Source of the DNA: Eledone cirrhosa | Lineage: Eukaryota | Length of the DNA: 64,000 nucleotides | NCBI GenBank assembly: GCA_964016885.1 | Contig: OZ024742.1 | Span: 197,904,001 to 197,968,000 of the forward strand | Reading direction: 5' to 3' | Part shown: positions 37,820 through 62,404 of the stretch, in pieces | Layout: the number at the start of each line of letters is the position of its first letter | Numbering within the stretch: position 1 is the first letter of the stretch | The notes under the pieces: generated by a model | Told to the model about the DNA's origin: nothing | Seen by the model: only the letters and a program-made list of their open reading frames with translations | The model's database searches: none | Made by a program: the position numbers and the translations under genes

Positions 37820-39009
37820 TGTGTGTTTCTGTTCACCCCAGTCAATAAAACCAATATTGTTTATGTATCCCTTTATGTCCCCTAACGTGAGTATTCGATA
37901 TACTATACAGACTTAGACTGAATAAGTACTGGGAGTCGATATGATCGATTAAACCCTTGGTAGCGGTTTAATCATAGAAACCGATAAGAAAACAAAATAC
38001 CTTTATGTAATGTAGAGGCATTATATTGCGCACACGCACACATACGTGTATATATATGTTCGCTTGCATATAAATCATATGCATAAATATTTTGTGTATA
38101 TACTGTATATGTGATTTTCACATAAATATATACTGCATAGACAAATGAAATTATGTCTACACACACACACATATTCAACATGTACATATCTATAAATGCT
38201 ATACACATTATGAATTTATATATACAATATACGTATGCATTTCAAATATACTTTTACTGGTTTCAGTCATTTGATTACGACCATGTTATTTTATCAATCT
38301 CCACTTGTCGAACCGCTTGTTTATTGTGCAAAAATAGTAAACACTCAGTATATACATATATATGTAGTCCCAGCCTTACTTAATGTTATCTTCCATCAAT
38401 TGTATCTTTTTCTTACCCCACAAACCACGATAAGCTGCCAATCTTCACACCTTCCAGCTTCAAGGCCACAACAACGATCCACTACTCTGCTAACACTTTC
38501 TCTCCCCTCCCTCCACACACATACATCTTGACAAGCAACATGTCGCTGTCATTGAGACCACCACCAATACCTCCGATCCCACAGTGCCACTTTTGCCATG
38601 GCTTGACCGGCTGGGAACACAATAATCGCCAAATATTGGTGATACAATAAAGTGCACCTAGTGCACTGTGCGCGATATTGATGCTGCTTCATTAAAATGC
38701 ACCCGTTATATCTGCGTACCTGCGTGAAATGGAATTTCCTGTGCCATGATAAAATGCACCAACCCATTCTGTAAATCGGAATTGCTGATGCAACGATGAA
38801 ATGCACCAGGTGCATACTATGACGATGTAGTGTTAGAGACACGATAAATTGCAGCCAGTGCACACTGTAAAGTGGTAGGTATTAGAAAGACATCCAGCCG
38901 TAAAAAGCATGCCAAAATTGAACGTATGAGCAAGATATGTTCATGTGTCCTGTCTAGGTTCAGAACGCTACAATCTATCCAACCCTTAAATTCCTACAGC
39001 TGGAAGCCC

Positions 39010-39209
39010 TTCCTAACGGCAACCACTTTACATACACAGCATTACATCTTTAAACACACACACACACACAACCACACACACACACGTACCTCTACAAACT
39101 CGTGTGTGTGTATATATATATATATATACACACGAGTGTGTGTGTGTGGTTGTGTGTGTGTGTGTTTAAAGATGTAATGCTGTGTATGTAAAGTGGTTGG
39201 CGTTAGGAA
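39010..39209. repeat. Foldback palindrome at the start of the long TA array
   Basis: ttcctaacggcaaccactttacatacacagcattacatctttaaacac... mirrored by ...gtgtttaaagatgtaatgctgtgtatgtaaagtggttggcgttaggaa. Confidence 0.85.
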
Positions 39210-46540
<7,331 letters not shown>

Positions 46541-49273
46541 CTATTAGTAGTTGGGCTCTATAGGCCCACCCCAAACGCCTGTACCATGCTTCAAGGAATG
46601 CCTCAACAGCATAAAGTGTTTCATCCAAGAGTGTCACCCTGACAACATCTTGATGATGGGGGACTTCAACCTCCCCGGAGTTGACTGGTCCACAAACACC
46701 CTGCCACCAGGTTCTTCTGCCTCAACCTCTGACAGGGAAGCTGTGGAATCGCTTCTTGACTTCATGGATGATTTTCTTCCTATCCCAACTAGTGCTCGAA
46801 CCAACGAGGTGCCACAAAAACGTCCTAGACTTAATTTTCAGCAATCACACTGACAATATCCACAATATTGCAGTGGAGAAAACTCTACTCTCTGATCATG
46901 ACATGGTTCTCTGTGATCTGAGTTTCCACCGTCCAATATACAAACCCAATGTCATTTCTCCTGTCCATCCCGTTTGACGCTATGGATTTCCACAATGCAA
47001 ACTGGGAAGCGATCAGTCATGATCTTGCACATGTCGACTGGTCCTTCACGCACACTCATACACCCACTAACATCAAAAAGTCCTGGCAGACATTTGTGGA
47101 CACTGTTACAAACATATGTGCTAAACACACCCCATTAAGAACTATAAACAAATCTAAGAGCAGAATCCCTAGAAATAGAAAAACACTCATCAGAAAAATT
47201 AAGAGAACGAACAAAAAAATCAACAAGCTGAAATACTGTCAGCAGCAACACATCAACTTGACTGCCATTTCATCACTAGAGATTAAAAAACATAACCTCC
47301 AAAACAACATAATGTCCCTCATCAACAATCAGAGAAGAGCTGAAGAGGCCTGGGCCCATTGAGAAGATCAAACTCAATCCCAAAGTGTTCTTTTCATTTG
47401 CAAAAAAACACCAAAATCACTGGCTCTACTGTTGGCCCTCTAATTGATGAAAATGGCACTCTTCAAGACAATGCTAAAACCATGGGTGAGATACTGCAGA
47501 AACAATACTGCCTCTGTTTTCAGCAATCCTGATATGGCCGATCTGGGCTGTATCGGCGATGTTACTCCCCATTACACCTTATCGGACATAACGTTTGGCG
47601 CCCCCTGATGTCTTGGCGGCAATAAAGGAAATCAAGCATAATTCAGCAGTAGGTCCCGATAGGTTCCCTGCTTGTGTCTTGAAGGCGTGTCAACACCAAC
47701 TTGCTTCTCCTCTTGCCAATCTGTGGCGGAACTCACTGGATGCTGGATATGTGCCAGAAAACCTTCTATCCCAGTCTGTTGTCCCAGTTTTCAAAAAGGG
47801 AAACAAATCCCTTGCCGTGAATTACCGTCCAATCTCACTCACCTCTCATATCATTAAGGTATTTGAGCGAGTGTGAGATCGCGAATGACCCACTTCCTTG
47901 AGAGTAACAATATGCTGAACTCCAACCAGCATGGATTCCGTAATGGAAGGGATTGCCTGACGCAACTACTGCATCACTTTGATGACATTTTGAGAGCCTT
48001 GGGAGAGGGTTCCAACACTGATGTTATCTACCTTGATTTCAGCAAGGCCTTTGACAGGGTTGATCATAACATTCTACTGAGAAAGCTGTCCAATATTGGT
48101 GTCACTGGAAAGCTGCTGCAGTGGATCAAGAGCTTCCTGTCAAACAGAACCCCAACATGTTGTAGTGTGAGGGAGTCAAATCAAGCCCAGCCAAAGTCAG
48201 TAGTGGAGTCCCACAAGGCACTGTGTTGGGCCCACTTCTCTTCATCATCTATATTAATGACATCACTGACATCATCAAACACAGCAACATTAAAATTTTC
48301 GCTGATGATTCCAAGCTCCAAAAGGTCATCAATGGCGTGGATGACCGGATAAGCCTTCAGTCAGACCTACTGGCTGTTACCCAATGGGCAGAAAAGAACA
48401 ACATGTTACTGAACGAAGATAAATTCGAACTGATCCACTTTGGAAAAGAGGATGCTCTGAAACTCCCGTACTCCCTTCCCTCCGGGGAAACTCTCGTGGC
48501 ATCTAACAACATCAGAGACTTGGGAGTAACCGTGGACAGCAACATAAGCTGGACCACGCATATAAGCAGCAAAGTTGACATGGCCCCGCAGAATGTGTTC
48601 CTGGATCCTCAGAACCTTCCAGTCGAGAGATTCCCGCACCATTATCCTTCTCTTCTCTACTTTCGCCCGACCACACCTTGAATACTGTTGTCCACTGTGG
48701 TCTCCCCACACGAAACAAAGTATCATGAAACTTGAAGCTCCTCAAAGGGCAATCACGAAAAAGATAGATGGCATGTCAGACCTTGACTACTGGGGTCGAT
48801 TGGAAAACCTGAAACTTTACTCACTCCAACGTCGCCGTGAGCGTTATATTATCTGCATGATGTGGAAAATGTTCCATCATCACTGCCCAAATGATGTTGG
48901 CATCGCCTTCAAGATACACCCAAGGCTTGGGCCCCGTGCTATCCGTCCCATTCAAAAATCTAAATCGCAACTCATAACAACAATACGGCACAATTATTTC
49001 ACCTCAATCGGCCCTGCTCTCTTCAACATCACACCAGGACACGTCAAAACAGAAACTGACCACACAAAATTCAAGAAGTCTTTGGACAAATTCCTCCAAG
49101 TAATCCCGGACAAACCACCCACACCCGGATATGTCTCCGCAAACAGTAATTCTCTTCTCGAATGGGCCATGGTGCCCAAATCCTGAATTGAAAGACTTCG
49201 CCAGGTGGTGCTATTAAGTTAGACATGGCCTGGGCCAATACTGGCCAAAACATTTCAAAGTTATTCAAAGTTA
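46541..49273 (+). mobile_element. 5'-truncated CR1/L2/Jockey-group LINE (APE + RT), frameshifted
   Basis: YRPP, MGDFNLP, LDLIFSN, SDHDMV (APE); NYRPISLTS, QHGFR, YLDFSKAFDRVDH, GPLLFIIYIND, FADDSK (RT); RPHLEYCCPLWSP. The 3' end has a duplicated ttcaaagtta. Confidence 0.9.
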
Positions 49274-53453
<4,180 letters not shown>

Positions 53454-53454
53454 T

Positions 53455-53962
53455 GGTGGCTGCCAACTCGTTTTCGAGTACGGCCACTACTTTATATCCA
53501 TGTAGAACTCCTACCGATGCGCTGAACGAGTGTGACTGTTTAGTCCAGCCAGCGACTTGAAAACTCTGGTACAAACACTACACTTGTGACAATTATTGAA
53601 ACATAGTGCTGGGCCCATGGTACCATGTGACGACATGTGCAGAGAGATCTCCAGATATAAAGCAATGCCTGTGCTGTGAAGCTTTTATAGTGAGCAAAGG
53701 CACTGCACAAAGCCAGTCCCACTCTCTTAACCAAGATGATATTTACCAAAAAGAAGAACAAGTTAACATCATTGGATACCATCAGGGTTGCAGGTGTTAT
53801 ATCAGAGTTTTTCCTTCTCCTAGAATTCTGCCTTGACAAAGGCTAAGGGGTCATCTCTCCCGGTGATTTTGGATGGCCATTGACTCTTAAGAGCTCCTTT
53901 GCTCTTTGACAGGTTTTGTTTTTATTCCTGCAGGATGTCCAAAGTCACCCTCCTCACCAAGA
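53455..53962 (-). mobile_element. Degenerate 5' part of an RTE-like element
   Basis: 53865-53962 is an inverted homolog of 61463-61580; the minus-strand translation contains FISGDLSAHV (APE GDFNAHV-like). Confidence 0.45.
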
Positions 53963-54162
53963 NNNNNNNNNNNNNNNNNNNNNNNNNNNNNNNNNNNNNN
54001 NNNNNNNNNNNNNNNNNNNNNNNNNNNNNNNNNNNNNNNNNNNNNNNNNNNNNNNNNNNNNNNNNNNNNNNNNNNNNNNNNNNNNNNNNNNNNNNNNNNN
54101 NNNNNNNNNNNNNNNNNNNNNNNNNNNNNNNNNNNNNNNNNNNNNNNNNNNNNNNNNNNNNN
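53963..54162. other. Assembly gap (200 N)
   Basis: Run of n. Confidence 1.
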
Positions 54163-54210
<48 letters not shown>

Positions 54211-54633
54211 GTATATATATATGTATATATATGTATATATATATGTATATATATGTATATATATATGTATATATATGTATATGTGTATATATATATATGT
54301 ATATGTGTATATATATATGTATATGTGTATATATATATATGTATATGTGTATATATGTATATGTGTATATATATATATGTATATATATGTATATATGTAT
54401 ATATATGTATATGTGTATATATATATATGTATATGTATATATATGTATATGTGTATATATGTATATATATGTATATGTGTATATATATATATGTATATAT
54501 ATGTATATGTGTATATATATATGTATATATATGTATATGTGTATGTATATGTGTATATGTGTATGTATATATATGTATATGTGTATATATATATGTATAT
54601 ATATGTATATGTGTATATATATATGTATATATG

Positions 54634-54664
<31 letters not shown>

Positions 54665-54680
54665 TAAAATAACAGATTAA

Positions 54681-54731
54681 AGTTTAAGCAAAGAATCGCT
54701 GCTTTTACCCTTAACGGGATCTTCTGAAACT
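54681..54731 (-). ncRNA. Inactivated hammerhead relic in the 3' region of the second Naiad-like PLE
   Basis: Minus strand: agttt-CAGAAGA-tccc gttaa gggt-AAAA-gca..tgc-TT-aaact; stems intact, with core changes U4A and G12A. Confidence 0.55.
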
Positions 54732-55666
54732 AACAAAGTCAATCTGTAAACGCAGAAGTGGATATTTCAAAAAACGTTGCAACCGGAGGAAGACAGGAAC
54801 ACGATACTTTGGTTCGTGGAAATGTTTGCTGGCAAAGAACGGGAAAAAACGAATATAATACGTCATTAATAGCAGCGGTGAAAAACAATTACGCGCAAAG
54901 ACAAAACAACGTTTATGGTATAAAAGAGGTCGTAGACTAATGTTCTCTTATGTGGTTCATAAAGACGTTCTCTGGCAATGAAGGAAAAAACGAAGATAAT
55001 ACGTCATATGTGGACCGTGGAGAACAAAGCACGCAAAGACAAAACCAGGTAAATGGTATAGCAGAAGTGGTAGACTAAAATTCTAACAAGGAGACCGAAT
55101 GAATCTCCGCTACAGAGTTAAGAACAAAGTAAATAAATACAATACAGGAGTAATAGAAATAAATAAATACATACACGCAAACAAATACGTACATACACAA
55201 TCATACGCAAAACACTTACCATAGGTATACAAAACCACGCACATATAAATATGTGTGTGTGTGTATGCTTGTATACTAATAAATAAATAATTATATAAAC
55301 GTATATAAATAAATAAATACGTATATAACAAGCGCACACACATACCTACATGTTAAAACACGAATGTTCGGAGACGTAAGTCAACCAAAACAAGAAGTAC
55401 ACATATACACACACCCTACATACGTACGAACCTGCATACTCACACAGACGCAAAACTCCCGTATACACATAGCCAAACCATATGTACCAGAATATATAAA
55501 ATTATACGCCATAACATAAACAATCAAATATACGTACGAGAAGGATTACGTACCTTCACAAAACATACGGGTAAAATATACTTACCTATGTAAATAAGTA
55601 ATGGTATAAACAAAACATATACTTAGCTACGACATCAAGACGTAAAATATCCACGTATAAATCGTA

Positions 55667-56332
55667 CTATCCGTTAGGGTATAACGTGGGGCTGTAATAC
55701 AGGAAAGTTTTGTGCAATTTATGTTTACAAGCCAAAATTGCCTCAGATTTTTTGTTTAAGATGTGGTCTGTGGCATAGAGTATTTCCAGGGCCTCAGCGG
55801 CGCAGAGGTCACATGGTCTTTTATTTCCGTTATACGATATAGCCCTAGCTAGGTTCTCCCAGTGTAACTTATATTGGGTGTGGTTGTCTTTTAGACTCCA
55901 GATATAAGCTGAAAGTGATGTCATATTCCTTCTTAGAGGGTAACGAAAAGAATGGGTATGCATGTAAAGACGCTGCTTGAATCTATTGGCGGTTAACCCT
56001 ATGTAGGCCCTACGGGACGTGGGTGTTACAACCTTACATTTGTAGACAATGTTACTAGAGAGGCATTTCCCGGATAGGGGGCAATCAACCCGATTCCTAC
56101 AATTACAGTTAGTACTAACTACAGGGTTGCACGTGTTCCTACGGCTAGGTAGTTTAGCTAAATTTGAAGCTGTGATGTTATGTGCAAGGTTAGGAGTCGT
56201 AGAGTAAGACATTTTAATAGTATTTCTATTAATAATTTTACTATATTTATGTGTAGGGGGAAAATGCTTCGTAATAAGGGAAAGAAAGATCTTAGCTAAT
56301 GGTGTGGCCACCTCCATATTACATGGTGGGTT
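55667..56332 (-). CDS. Naiad-like PLE fragment: GIY-YIG endonuclease
   Basis: [60 protein letters not shown]; homologous to the C-terminus of 30738-32138. Confidence 0.85.
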   Translation of the reverse strand, partial: NPPCNMEVATPLAKIFLSLITKHFPPTHKYSKIINRNTIKMSYSTTPNLAHNITASNLAKLPSRRNTCNPVVSTNCNCRNRVDCPLSGKCLSSNIVYKCKVVTPTSRRAYIGLTANRFKQRLYMHTHSFRYPLRRNMTSLSAYIWSLKDNHTQYKLHWENLARAISYNGNKRPCDLCAAEALEILYATDHILNKKSEAILACKHKLHKTFLYYSPTLYPNG

Positions 56333-56684
56333 ATATTTGCTCTACGGTTCTTATATATTTGATATATATTTATCCTTATCGAGCCCTCTTTGGAATTTAG
56401 TCTTCAAATTTATTATTATTACTTCATGTATATATATATATGTATATATATATATATGTATATGTATATATATATATATGTATATATATGTATATGTATA
56501 TATATATATGTATATATATGTATATGTATATATATATGTATATATATGTATATGTATATATATATGTATATATATATATGTATATATACGTATATGTATA
56601 TTTATATATATGTATATATATATATATGTATATATATATGTATATATATATGTATATGTATATATATATGTATATATGTATATG

Positions 56685-56731
<47 letters not shown>

Positions 56732-56750
56732 GTATATATATATGTATATG

Positions 56751-56795
<45 letters not shown>

Positions 56796-56840
56796 GTATA
56801 TATATATGTATATGTATATATATATGTATATATGTATATG

Positions 56841-56961
<121 letters not shown>

Positions 56962-56995
56962 GTATATATATATATATATTTATATATGTATATAT

Positions 56996-57047
<52 letters not shown>

Positions 57048-57053
57048 GTATAT

Positions 57054-57111
<58 letters not shown>

Positions 57112-57165
57112 GTATATATATATGTATATGTATATATATATATGTATATATATATATATGTATAT

Positions 57166-58886
57166 AGATACCAGGAAGACCTAACTAAAAAGGAACGCGA
57201 TTATTTAACAAATTTTGAATACAAAACCAGCAACCTTTACGAACTTCCGAAGATCCACAAATGTAAAATAATCAACGATGCCTGTATACAATCCACCTCA
57301 GCCTGCGTGAACACACAATACCCCACAGACCTTAAATTAAGACCAATTGTAGCGGGCCCACAATGTGAAACACACAGACTGAGCAACTTTATAGACATAC
57401 TACTGAAACCAATTCTGAAACACATACCAAGCCTTGTAAGAGACGATCTGGACCTCTTAAACCACCTCCCCAAACATGTCAACAACGACACTATTATTGT
57501 GTCTTTCGATGTAGTGAATCTCTACACAACGATCCCACACCAATACGGACTAGAAGCAATAGCATTCTGGCTAGAGAAATATCCCAATGAGATACCTGAC
57601 AGAATAGAAAAAAGCTTCATCACCGAGGGATTAAAATTCATCTTACAGAACAACTTTTTTGATTTCGATGGCAATACTTACAAGCAAATATCGGGGACTG
57701 CGATGGGTACAAAAGCCGCTCCAACTTATGCCAACTTAGTCATGGCATACTTAGAAGTCCAAATATATGAACAGTCCAAATCAAAATACGGATTGAACTT
57801 CCACAAATATTTATCAGAGAATTGGAAACGCTACTTGGATGATTGCCTCATTCTTTGGTCCCACACACTCGACCAACTGAAGGATTTCAAAAACTTAATA
57901 AACGGCATCAATAACCACATCCAATTCACAATGGAATACAGCCAAGATCAACTCCCATTTCTGGACATCTTAATCTTAAAAAATACATAAATATCGAAAC
58001 TGACATACACTACAAACCAACAGATTCCAAACAATATCTGCTATTCACCTCCAACCATCCAAAGCACACGAAGACGAACATTCCTTTTAACCTAGCAAGA
58101 AGAATTTGCACAATTGTCTCCAATTATGAAACGCGCAATAAAAGACTTCAAGAATTAAAGGAAATTCTACTCGAGAGAGAGTAGCCACTATTACTAATAA
58201 ATAATGGAATAGAAAGGGCTAAAGCAATAGGCATTGATGAATTACGGAAACAGAAACAAATTCATGGTACGTCCAATATTCTATCATATATCTCAACACA
58301 CAACCCAAGAAATGCGGAAGCTTACAACACTATTCACAAGAACATCCCACTACTAAAACAAAACCCTAGAATGAAAAAAGCCCTTGAAACACACAAAATA
58401 ATCAAAAGCAAAAGACAACCAAAATCACTGAAAACATTACTCACCAATGCCAAATTACCTACCACAAACCCACAACCAAGTATAAAAAAATGTGGTCGCT
58501 CTAATTGTGGAACCTGCACTCACCTCATTGAAGGCAACACGTATACATTTAAATCAGGACAAAATTTTAGTGTAAAAAATCACTTCACTTGCTCATCAAA
58601 AAATCTAATTTATGCCATTAAATGTAAAGGATGCAATGAAGATTATATAGGACAAACTAAACTCACACTCAGAAACAGAATGACAGTTCGTCGCCAACAA
58701 TTACGAGATCCAACCACGAGACAGATACCACTAAGTGCACATCTAGACATTTGCGCAAGTAATAAGACACCCAAATTCCAAGTCTTCCCATTTTACCTTT
58801 GCGCTAACAATACAACAGAACAAATACGAATAAATAAGGAAAATATATTTATTCAAAAATATAGACCAGCATTAAATATGGTTTAA
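57166..58886 (+). pseudogene. Penelope-like element (Neptune-like) RT + GIY-YIG, 5'-truncated, disrupted
   Basis: [41 protein letters not shown]; CGRSNCGTC linker; LIYAIKC..YIGQT. Frameshift ~57985 and TAG ~58182. Confidence 0.9.
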
Positions 58887-59072
58887 TATACATTATGTCA
58901 ACACCATAATATGACATACACACACACACATAACACCTTCTACTTTAGAAAATAAAAACCCGAACTAAATAAACCTTAACATACGTTTGCACTGACAATA
59001 CAACAGAACAAATACGAATAAGTAAGGAAAATATGTTCATTCAAAAATATTCCTACTAAAAGAATCATTTTC

Positions 59073-59105
<33 letters not shown>

Positions 59106-59233
59106 ATATATATATATTCTCTTCATCTTAACATGCTAACCATACTCCCACACACATAACACCCATACACACACATAACAACCCCCACACCCACAACTCC
59201 CTCCCCCATTTCTACTAATAGAATTATCTTCCA

Positions 59234-59289
<56 letters not shown>

Positions 59290-59309
<20 letters not shown>

Positions 59310-59955
59310 GCACACAAATAAACATACATATCTTTACTTCAATAGAAAATCTGAACTCTGACACCCCAGCGAACTAACCATATTCACTGAAACAGAACAA
59401 TTCTCCCAATCCCAATTCTCTTGACCACTATCTTTCCTTTGTCATAACATTCTCTATAAAGGCTACAGAATAGATTTCCAAATAAGGGCCCGAAAATGTA
59501 ATGAAAACTTGTTCACGTGACAGCCAAAATTCATTTATAACCAATCAAATCACGTTTATTAAAAAAAAAGCCTTCGTGAGCCACCCCTTTTTTTTAAGTA
59601 AAGAAATTCAAACACACACACACGCAACACACACACGCACACACAAGCACACACACAAGCACACAAATAAACATACATATCTTTACTTTCTTTATTCAAT
59701 AGAAAATCTGAATTCTGACACCCCAGCGAACTAACCATATCCACCGAACCAGAACAATTCTCCCATCCCTTTCTCTTGACCATTATCTTTCACTTATCAT
59801 AAAATTCTCTAAAAAGGCTACAGAATGGATTTCCAAATAAGGGCACGAAAATTTAATGAAAACTTGTTCACGTGACAGCCATAATTTCATTTATAACCAA
59901 CCAAAAAAAAGCCTTCGTGAGCCCCTTTTTTCAAGTAAAAAGAAATTCAAACACT
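59290..59955 (+). repeat. Tandem duplication (~350 bp) in the PLE 3' region
   Basis: The block aatagaaaatctgaa..ctgacaccccagcgaactaacc...aaagccttcgtgagcc occurs twice. Confidence 0.85.
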
Positions 59956-60172
59956 AATATATGAAAAAACAACCTGTGACAACCCCCCCCCCCTCTTATT
60001 TGAAGAACTATTGTAACGCGAACTGGCGCGAAATTTATTATAATTATTGACAAACCAATCAAATTACTTCTCGAAAAACCTGGCATTTCGAGCCACTTTT
60101 TCCATATAAAACAAGTAACATTCAGAGACCAACCAGATGTGAGAAAAACCACAGACCCTCCATCTCAACTCA

Positions 60173-60210
60173 CCCTTTGAAAAGCAGAAGAACTGCGAAA
60201 CCGGTAAAGG
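60173..60210 (+). ncRNA. Minimal hammerhead, U3-A8 variant, followed by AATAAA
   Basis: ccct-TTGAAAA-gcag aagaa ctgc-GAAA-ccgg-TA-aagg; palindromic ccgg loop III; one stem I mismatch. Confidence 0.6.
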
Positions 60211-60410
60211 AACCAAATAAATATATATATTTAAAAAAAATATAAGACTCCAGTTGCATTTTCGATTTCATCTTTTTCTTTATACTTTCACTCGTGTAGG
60301 ACACCTCGGTTATTTTTCAATTTGTAAAAAAACCCTCACTTTCTAATATATATATGGTTATATATATATATGTATATATATATATGTATATATATATATA
60401 TGTATATATG

Positions 60411-60441
<31 letters not shown>

Positions 60442-60452
60442 GTATATATATG

Positions 60453-60504
<52 letters not shown>

Positions 60505-61095
60505 AATGGAATAGAATGAAACGAAATTTCATTTTTCACTCTTAGTACGGCACTTACTTAAATGTAAGTATGTATGTATACGTACATACATATATGTATA
60601 CAGACGTACAGTAGCATGTATATATATACATACAGGCACACATATATATATATGCACGTATCAGTTTACCGAACATTTATTATAATGCTCGGTTTGTTCG
60701 TTTCTAAACAAACAAACAGCCTGAATTACGCCGTACAGTGTTTAGGCAACCACGTCACCTTTTTGTTCAACACTGACACAGGAACGATGTACTAGTTTCA
60801 AGCTTATTAGCTATCGTCAGCACCGTATACCTTTCTGCCAGATGGTTGAACGTCCGAAAGTATATACTTTCCTTATGAAAATTAACGGCTGAGCAGCCTA
60901 ATTTGCATATCGAGTGAGTTCAGTCGGCCAGGCGCACCGATAACGATAAATGGAATAGAATGAAACGAAATTTCATTTATCACTCTTAGTAACGCAAACC
61001 GAACAAACCGAGCATTGTACGTCTGTATACATATATGTATGTACGTATACATACATACTTACATTTATGTACATATATATATGTATATATATATG

Positions 61096-61224
<129 letters not shown>

Positions 61225-61225
61225 G

Positions 61226-61270
<45 letters not shown>

Positions 61271-61271
61271 G

Positions 61272-61302
<31 letters not shown>

Positions 61303-61365
61303 GTATATATATATGTATATATATATATGTATATATGTATATATGTATATATATATATATATATG

Positions 61366-61865
61366 TCTGGTCACCAGTTGGTGCTACTGGTAATATGTAT
61401 CCCAGTACAACCTGTGTCATGGTCGGGTCGTTGGCGACTAAACTGGCAACCCCACCAAGATTTCTTGGTGAGGAGGGTGACTTTGGACATCCTGCAGGAC
61501 TAAAAACAAAACCTGTCAAAGGGCAAAGGAACTCCTGGGAGCTCTTAAGAGCTCTTGGAGTCAATGGCCATCCAAAACCAGCACGGCCCGCCGAAAGGCA
61601 CTGCAGTGCCGGAAAAGTCAACTTCCTGCTACTAGTATCTGGCGCCGGGTAACCCACCACACAGAGGAGAAAGCACCTTCTTCAAGACTTGGCTGTCAAA
61701 TTCTTTCACATGTGTGTAGTAGTGGCGCCCACACACATTATTAGCTATTTGAAAAGATGATGGATTTCGCAACTAACTGCACCAGGGTTCCTGTTCCTCA
61801 GGGAACCGCACAGGAAGTTCTGGGGCATGAGAGTGAGATCCATCGTCTCGACAGTAGTCGAAGAA
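61366..61865 (+). mobile_element. 5' UTR-like segment of an RTE-related element
   Basis: Homologous to 53865-53962 (inverted); contains an HDV-like fold; ends at a gat-repeat. Confidence 0.4.
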
Positions 61866-61882
61866 TGATGATGATAATGATG

Positions 61883-61914
<32 letters not shown>

Positions 61915-62404
61915 GTATATATATATGTATGTATATATATATGTATATATATATGTATATATATATATGTATATGTATATGTATATGTATATATATATAT
62001 GTATATGTATATATATATATATGTATATGTGTGTATATATATATATGTATATATATATATGTATATATATATGTATATGTATATATATATATTGTTATAT
62101 TTGGGGAGGGTCATATTTGCGTAATATTGCCAGAATTAATAACAGAACACACTCACTGTTTGGTTGGTTTTCGCTTCTCGCTGTCTTTTATATATATATA
62201 TCTGCGATCTAACTTACTCGGTCCTCAATGTTGCCATTGACTGACCGGCGGTCAAAAATAATACAGATACAATATAGACAAACACATATATATATAGTTT
62301 ACATAATTTACATAAATCTTTCGTTGCACATCTGCAACATCGTCAGTGGTGTTATATTCATTGTTCCTCCTGTTGTGTTGTATGTCTACGCCATTTTTTT
62401 TTGT

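Noticed and set aside
47340-47347. CTGAAGA/CTGAGGA words inside LINE ORFs (also ~27108)
   Set aside because: No flanking stems or correctly placed GAAA; not hammerheads.
60810-60948. Octamer (ATTTGCAT) and weak terminal inverted repeat
   Set aside because: A single short motif is expected by chance, and the inverted match is too poor.
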